A stretch of 63,158 nt of DNA, filler included, from Bdellovibrionota bacterium (lineage in GTDB: Bacteria; Bdellovibrionota; Bdellovibrionia; Bdellovibrionales; JAEYZS01): the NCBI GenBank assembly GCA_963169515.1. It is 6 parts of 6 records of this genome, joined end to end, with 100 filler letters (N's around TTAATTAATTAA, not from the genome) between each part and the next. Parts side by side here need not be neighbours in the genome. Positions count along the whole stretch, not along the records: positions 56,007 to 63,158 come from CAUJEF010000108.1; 5 more parts are not named here. The stretch is one strand, 5' to 3'. The position numbers and the translations under genes were made by a program. Below, one piece after another: positions 60,785 through 63,158 of the stretch. The first letter of the stretch is position 1, and each line of letters opens with the position of its first letter. The notes below the pieces were generated by a model that saw nothing but the letters and a program-made list of their open reading frames with translations, did no database searches and had not been told where the DNA came from.

Positions 60785-61195
60785 ATGAAACGACCCATCT
60801 GGATTCCTGTTGTAACAGCAATTATTCGCAAGGGCGACATGGTTTTGCTTGGCCAACGTCCAGAGGGCAACCTTGCTGGCCAATGGGAATTCCCCGGCGG
60901 AAAAATCGAAATTGGTGAATCACCAGAAAAGGCACTTCGACGCGAACTTTCAGAAGAGCTCGGGATTGAAGCCGAGATTGGGTCCCTACGTCTGGCACAT
61001 ACTCACCATTATGGTGACCGTGGAATAGTCATGATATTCTACGACGTTTTGTTTTGGAAAGGCGAACCAAAATCTGTTCATCACACCGAGCTTGCATGGG
61101 TCAGGCCGGAAGATATTATAAAAATGGAGATTCCGGAAGCTAACCGAATTATTCTTCCAAAAATTTTGGAAATTTTAAAACCCCCTGCTCACTAA
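60785..61195 (+). CDS. NUDIX hydrolase, MutT-like
   Basis: WEFPGGKIEIGESPEKALRRELSEELG. Confidence 0.9.
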   Translation: MKRPIWIPVVTAIIRKGDMVLLGQRPEGNLAGQWEFPGGKIEIGESPEKALRRELSEELGIEAEIGSLRLAHTHHYGDRGIVMIFYDVLFWKGEPKSVHHTELAWVRPEDIIKMEIPEANRIILPKILEILKPPAH

Positions 61196-61196
61196 C

Positions 61197-62306
61197 TCAA
61201 AACACTTTGTGCATAGCCTCGATAACGTAAGACTGTTCATCGTCAGTAAGCTCTGGAAATATTGGCAACGCCAATATCGTTTTTGCAGCGGATTCGCTAA
61301 CTGGCCATCCCATAGGATCGGAAATTCCACGCAAAACTTTTTGCGCTGGAATTGTGTGCGGGTAATAAATATCTGTCGCAACACCCAGCTCCGTTAACTT
61401 TTTTCGATTTTCATCACGACTTGGCATTTCAATCATAAATTGGTTCCAAACGTGCGTACAATTTGCGGCGATTGATGGAAGTTTCAAGCCTTTTTTTTCG
61501 AGTGGCTTTAATTCCTCTAAATATCGTTGTGCATTTTTGTTTCGTTGTTCAACCCAGCTATTTAAATATTTTAATTTTACATTAAGATACGCACACTGTA
61601 CGGAATCCAAGCGAGAGTTATTGCCTAAAGTTTCATGCAGATAACGTTCACGCATTCCATGCACACGCATAATTTTAAGTCTATCGGCAAGCCTGTCATC
61701 ATTGGTGGTGATAAGGCCACCCTCACCGGCAGCGCCTAAGTTCTTAGTCGGATAAAAACTTGTAGCCCCGAGGTTCCCCATGCTTCCTGCTTGCTTACCT
61801 TTGTATTTGGCTCCGATACTTTGTGCAAAATCTTCAATCACAAAAAGATTATGTTTTTTTGCAATTTCTAAAATTGGGTCCATGTCTGCGCATTGGCCGT
61901 ATAGATGAACCGGCATAATTGCCTTCGTTTTTTTGGTGATCTTTGCTTCGATTTGTTTCCAATTCATATTGTAAGTTTTCGGATCAATATCTACAAAAAT
62001 TGGTTTGGCATTGCAGAGCAAAATTGCGCCTGTTGAAGCAAAAAAACTGTACGCCGGTGTAATTACCTCATCGCCCGGACCGATATCCAGAGCCTTTAAT
62101 CCCAGGTACAATGCTTCCGTCCCTGTTTTTACTGTGTATGCGTACTTCACACCAATCCATTGTGCGATATTTGTTTCAAAATTTTGAACACGATCGCCAA
62201 GTATGAATGCCTGATCTTCAAAAATTTTGGGCAAAATTTCGAAAACCTCTTGCTTTATGGTTTGGTATTGACGCTTTAAATCAAAAAATGGGATGGTTTT
62301 TTTCAT
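61197..62306 (-). CDS. DegT/DnrJ/EryC1/StrS sugar aminotransferase
   Basis: PVHLYGQ, EDFAQS, SFYPTKNLG, NSRLD. Confidence 0.92.
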   Translation of the reverse strand: MKKTIPFFDLKRQYQTIKQEVFEILPKIFEDQAFILGDRVQNFETNIAQWIGVKYAYTVKTGTEALYLGLKALDIGPGDEVITPAYSFFASTGAILLCNAKPIFVDIDPKTYNMNWKQIEAKITKKTKAIMPVHLYGQCADMDPILEIAKKHNLFVIEDFAQSIGAKYKGKQAGSMGNLGATSFYPTKNLGAAGEGGLITTNDDRLADRLKIMRVHGMRERYLHETLGNNSRLDSVQCAYLNVKLKYLNSWVEQRNKNAQRYLEELKPLEKKGLKLPSIAANCTHVWNQFMIEMPSRDENRKKLTELGVATDIYYPHTIPAQKVLRGISDPMGWPVSESAAKTILALPIFPELTDDEQSYVIEAMHKVF

Positions 62307-62376
62307 TCGGATCGCCTCCGGGGCAGATCAAAATAAGATACTTGTTTCGCTCTGATGTGTCCAGATAAAGTGAAGT

Positions 62377-63158
62377 ATGGCCACGGTACCCGAAAAGTTA
62401 AATATTTGCATCACAGCGAATTACTTCCCCATAATAGGTCGCGCGTCGGACTTTGGTTTTTTGTGGCCCATTTCCAAAAAACTCGTTGAGCTTGGCCATA
62501 ACGTCACTGTACTCACAGCTGAAAGCCCCCAGCATATCACCGAAACAAAAAAGGAAGGCGTGCAGGTCTATTTTTTACGCGAAGGGGTCCGAAACCGCGA
62601 CTGGGATTTCGAAGAGGCTGTAGAAAAAAAGTTTGTTGAGCTTCACAAAAGACAGCCGTTCCACGTTCTTCATAGCGTTGATAGTTCAGGAATTCGAGTC
62701 GCAACGAAAAAAAAAGAGTACGGTATTGCTACAATTTTCGATGTGAACGCCACCCAAATGGCACAGTTGTTTGCCATAGTCGGAATGAATAAACAAACAA
62801 CCCGAAGCATTTTGAAAACTGGGATCAATCTTCTTTACAAATATCTTAGAACATATTGGGGAGTAGACCGGAAAATATTAAAACACTCTGATGGTGTTTT
62901 CGTATCCAGCCCCATGGAGCGCTTTGTTTTGGAGCGCTATTATTATTATCCAGATGCACGCATTCATACCGTGCCCTATGGTATTGATATCGTCCCCCGC
63001 GAAGACATCAATCTGGACAACATTCGGAAAAGGTTAGGGTTAAACAGCTACAACCAATGTGTCGTTACGACCACCGACATGGAAGAGCTTGATGAAATGC
63101 GGAGTATTTTGAACGCATTCGAAAAAGTAGTTATCAAAAAACCCGATTTGCGTTTAAT
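62377..63158 (+). CDS. Glycosyltransferase family 4, runs off the window end (absent from the ORF track)
   Basis: MATVPEKLNICITANYFP...LVELGHNVTVLT, later VPYGID. Confidence 0.75.
   Translation, partial: MATVPEKLNICITANYFPIIGRASDFGFLWPISKKLVELGHNVTVLTAESPQHITETKKEGVQVYFLREGVRNRDWDFEEAVEKKFVELHKRQPFHVLHSVDSSGIRVATKKKEYGIATIFDVNATQMAQLFAIVGMNKQTTRSILKTGINLLYKYLRTYWGVDRKILKHSDGVFVSSPMERFVLERYYYYPDARIHTVPYGIDIVPREDINLDNIRKRLGLNSYNQCVVTTTDMEELDEMRSILNAFEKVVIKKPDLRL

Noticed and set aside
1..63158. CRISPR array, rRNA or tRNA genes
   Set aside because: No regularly spaced direct repeats or RNA-gene signatures were seen by eye; a tRNAscan/Infernal run would be needed to exclude them fully.

Overview
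The window is not one locus. It is six contigs joined by artificial 100-nt spacers (N-run, TTAATTAATTAA, N-run at 17912-18011, 30446-30545, 39541-39640, 46286-46385, 55907-56006), so gene neighbourhoods cannot be read across spacers. Gene content suggests a Bdellovibrionota-like bacterium, probably a metagenome bin (inference). Contig 1 (1-17911): an IS3-family end interrupting a heme-oxygenase-like diiron gene, then pdxH, a stand-alone rpsD, greA, kynA, acnA and lpdA-sucB-sucA. Contig 2 (18012-30445): S8 protease, a type I toxin-antitoxin-like micro-locus, a ~1220-aa secreted protein, two long palindromes, dapD-mpaA divergent from lysC-lysA. Contig 3 (30546-39540): a heme-copper oxidase superfamily operon with Asn at the usual cross-link Tyr position (sNOR-like NO reductase, cytochrome c fused to subunit II, plus SCO/SenC), a 202-nt rod-like hairpin and nucleotide-sugar genes. 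Contig 4 (39641-46285): a defence-like island (ASCH, XRE-ImmA/IrrE plus PIN, SNF2 helicase, AIPR), possibly foreign to the bin. Contigs 5-6: PocR-type sigma54 activator, metallopeptidase/lipoprotein pair, msbA, uvrA, PBP1A, gdh, pyrD, VWA lipoprotein, NUDIX, DegT and glycosyltransferases. I recognised no rRNA, tRNA or CRISPR array. All family calls come from motifs read by eye, without database searches.
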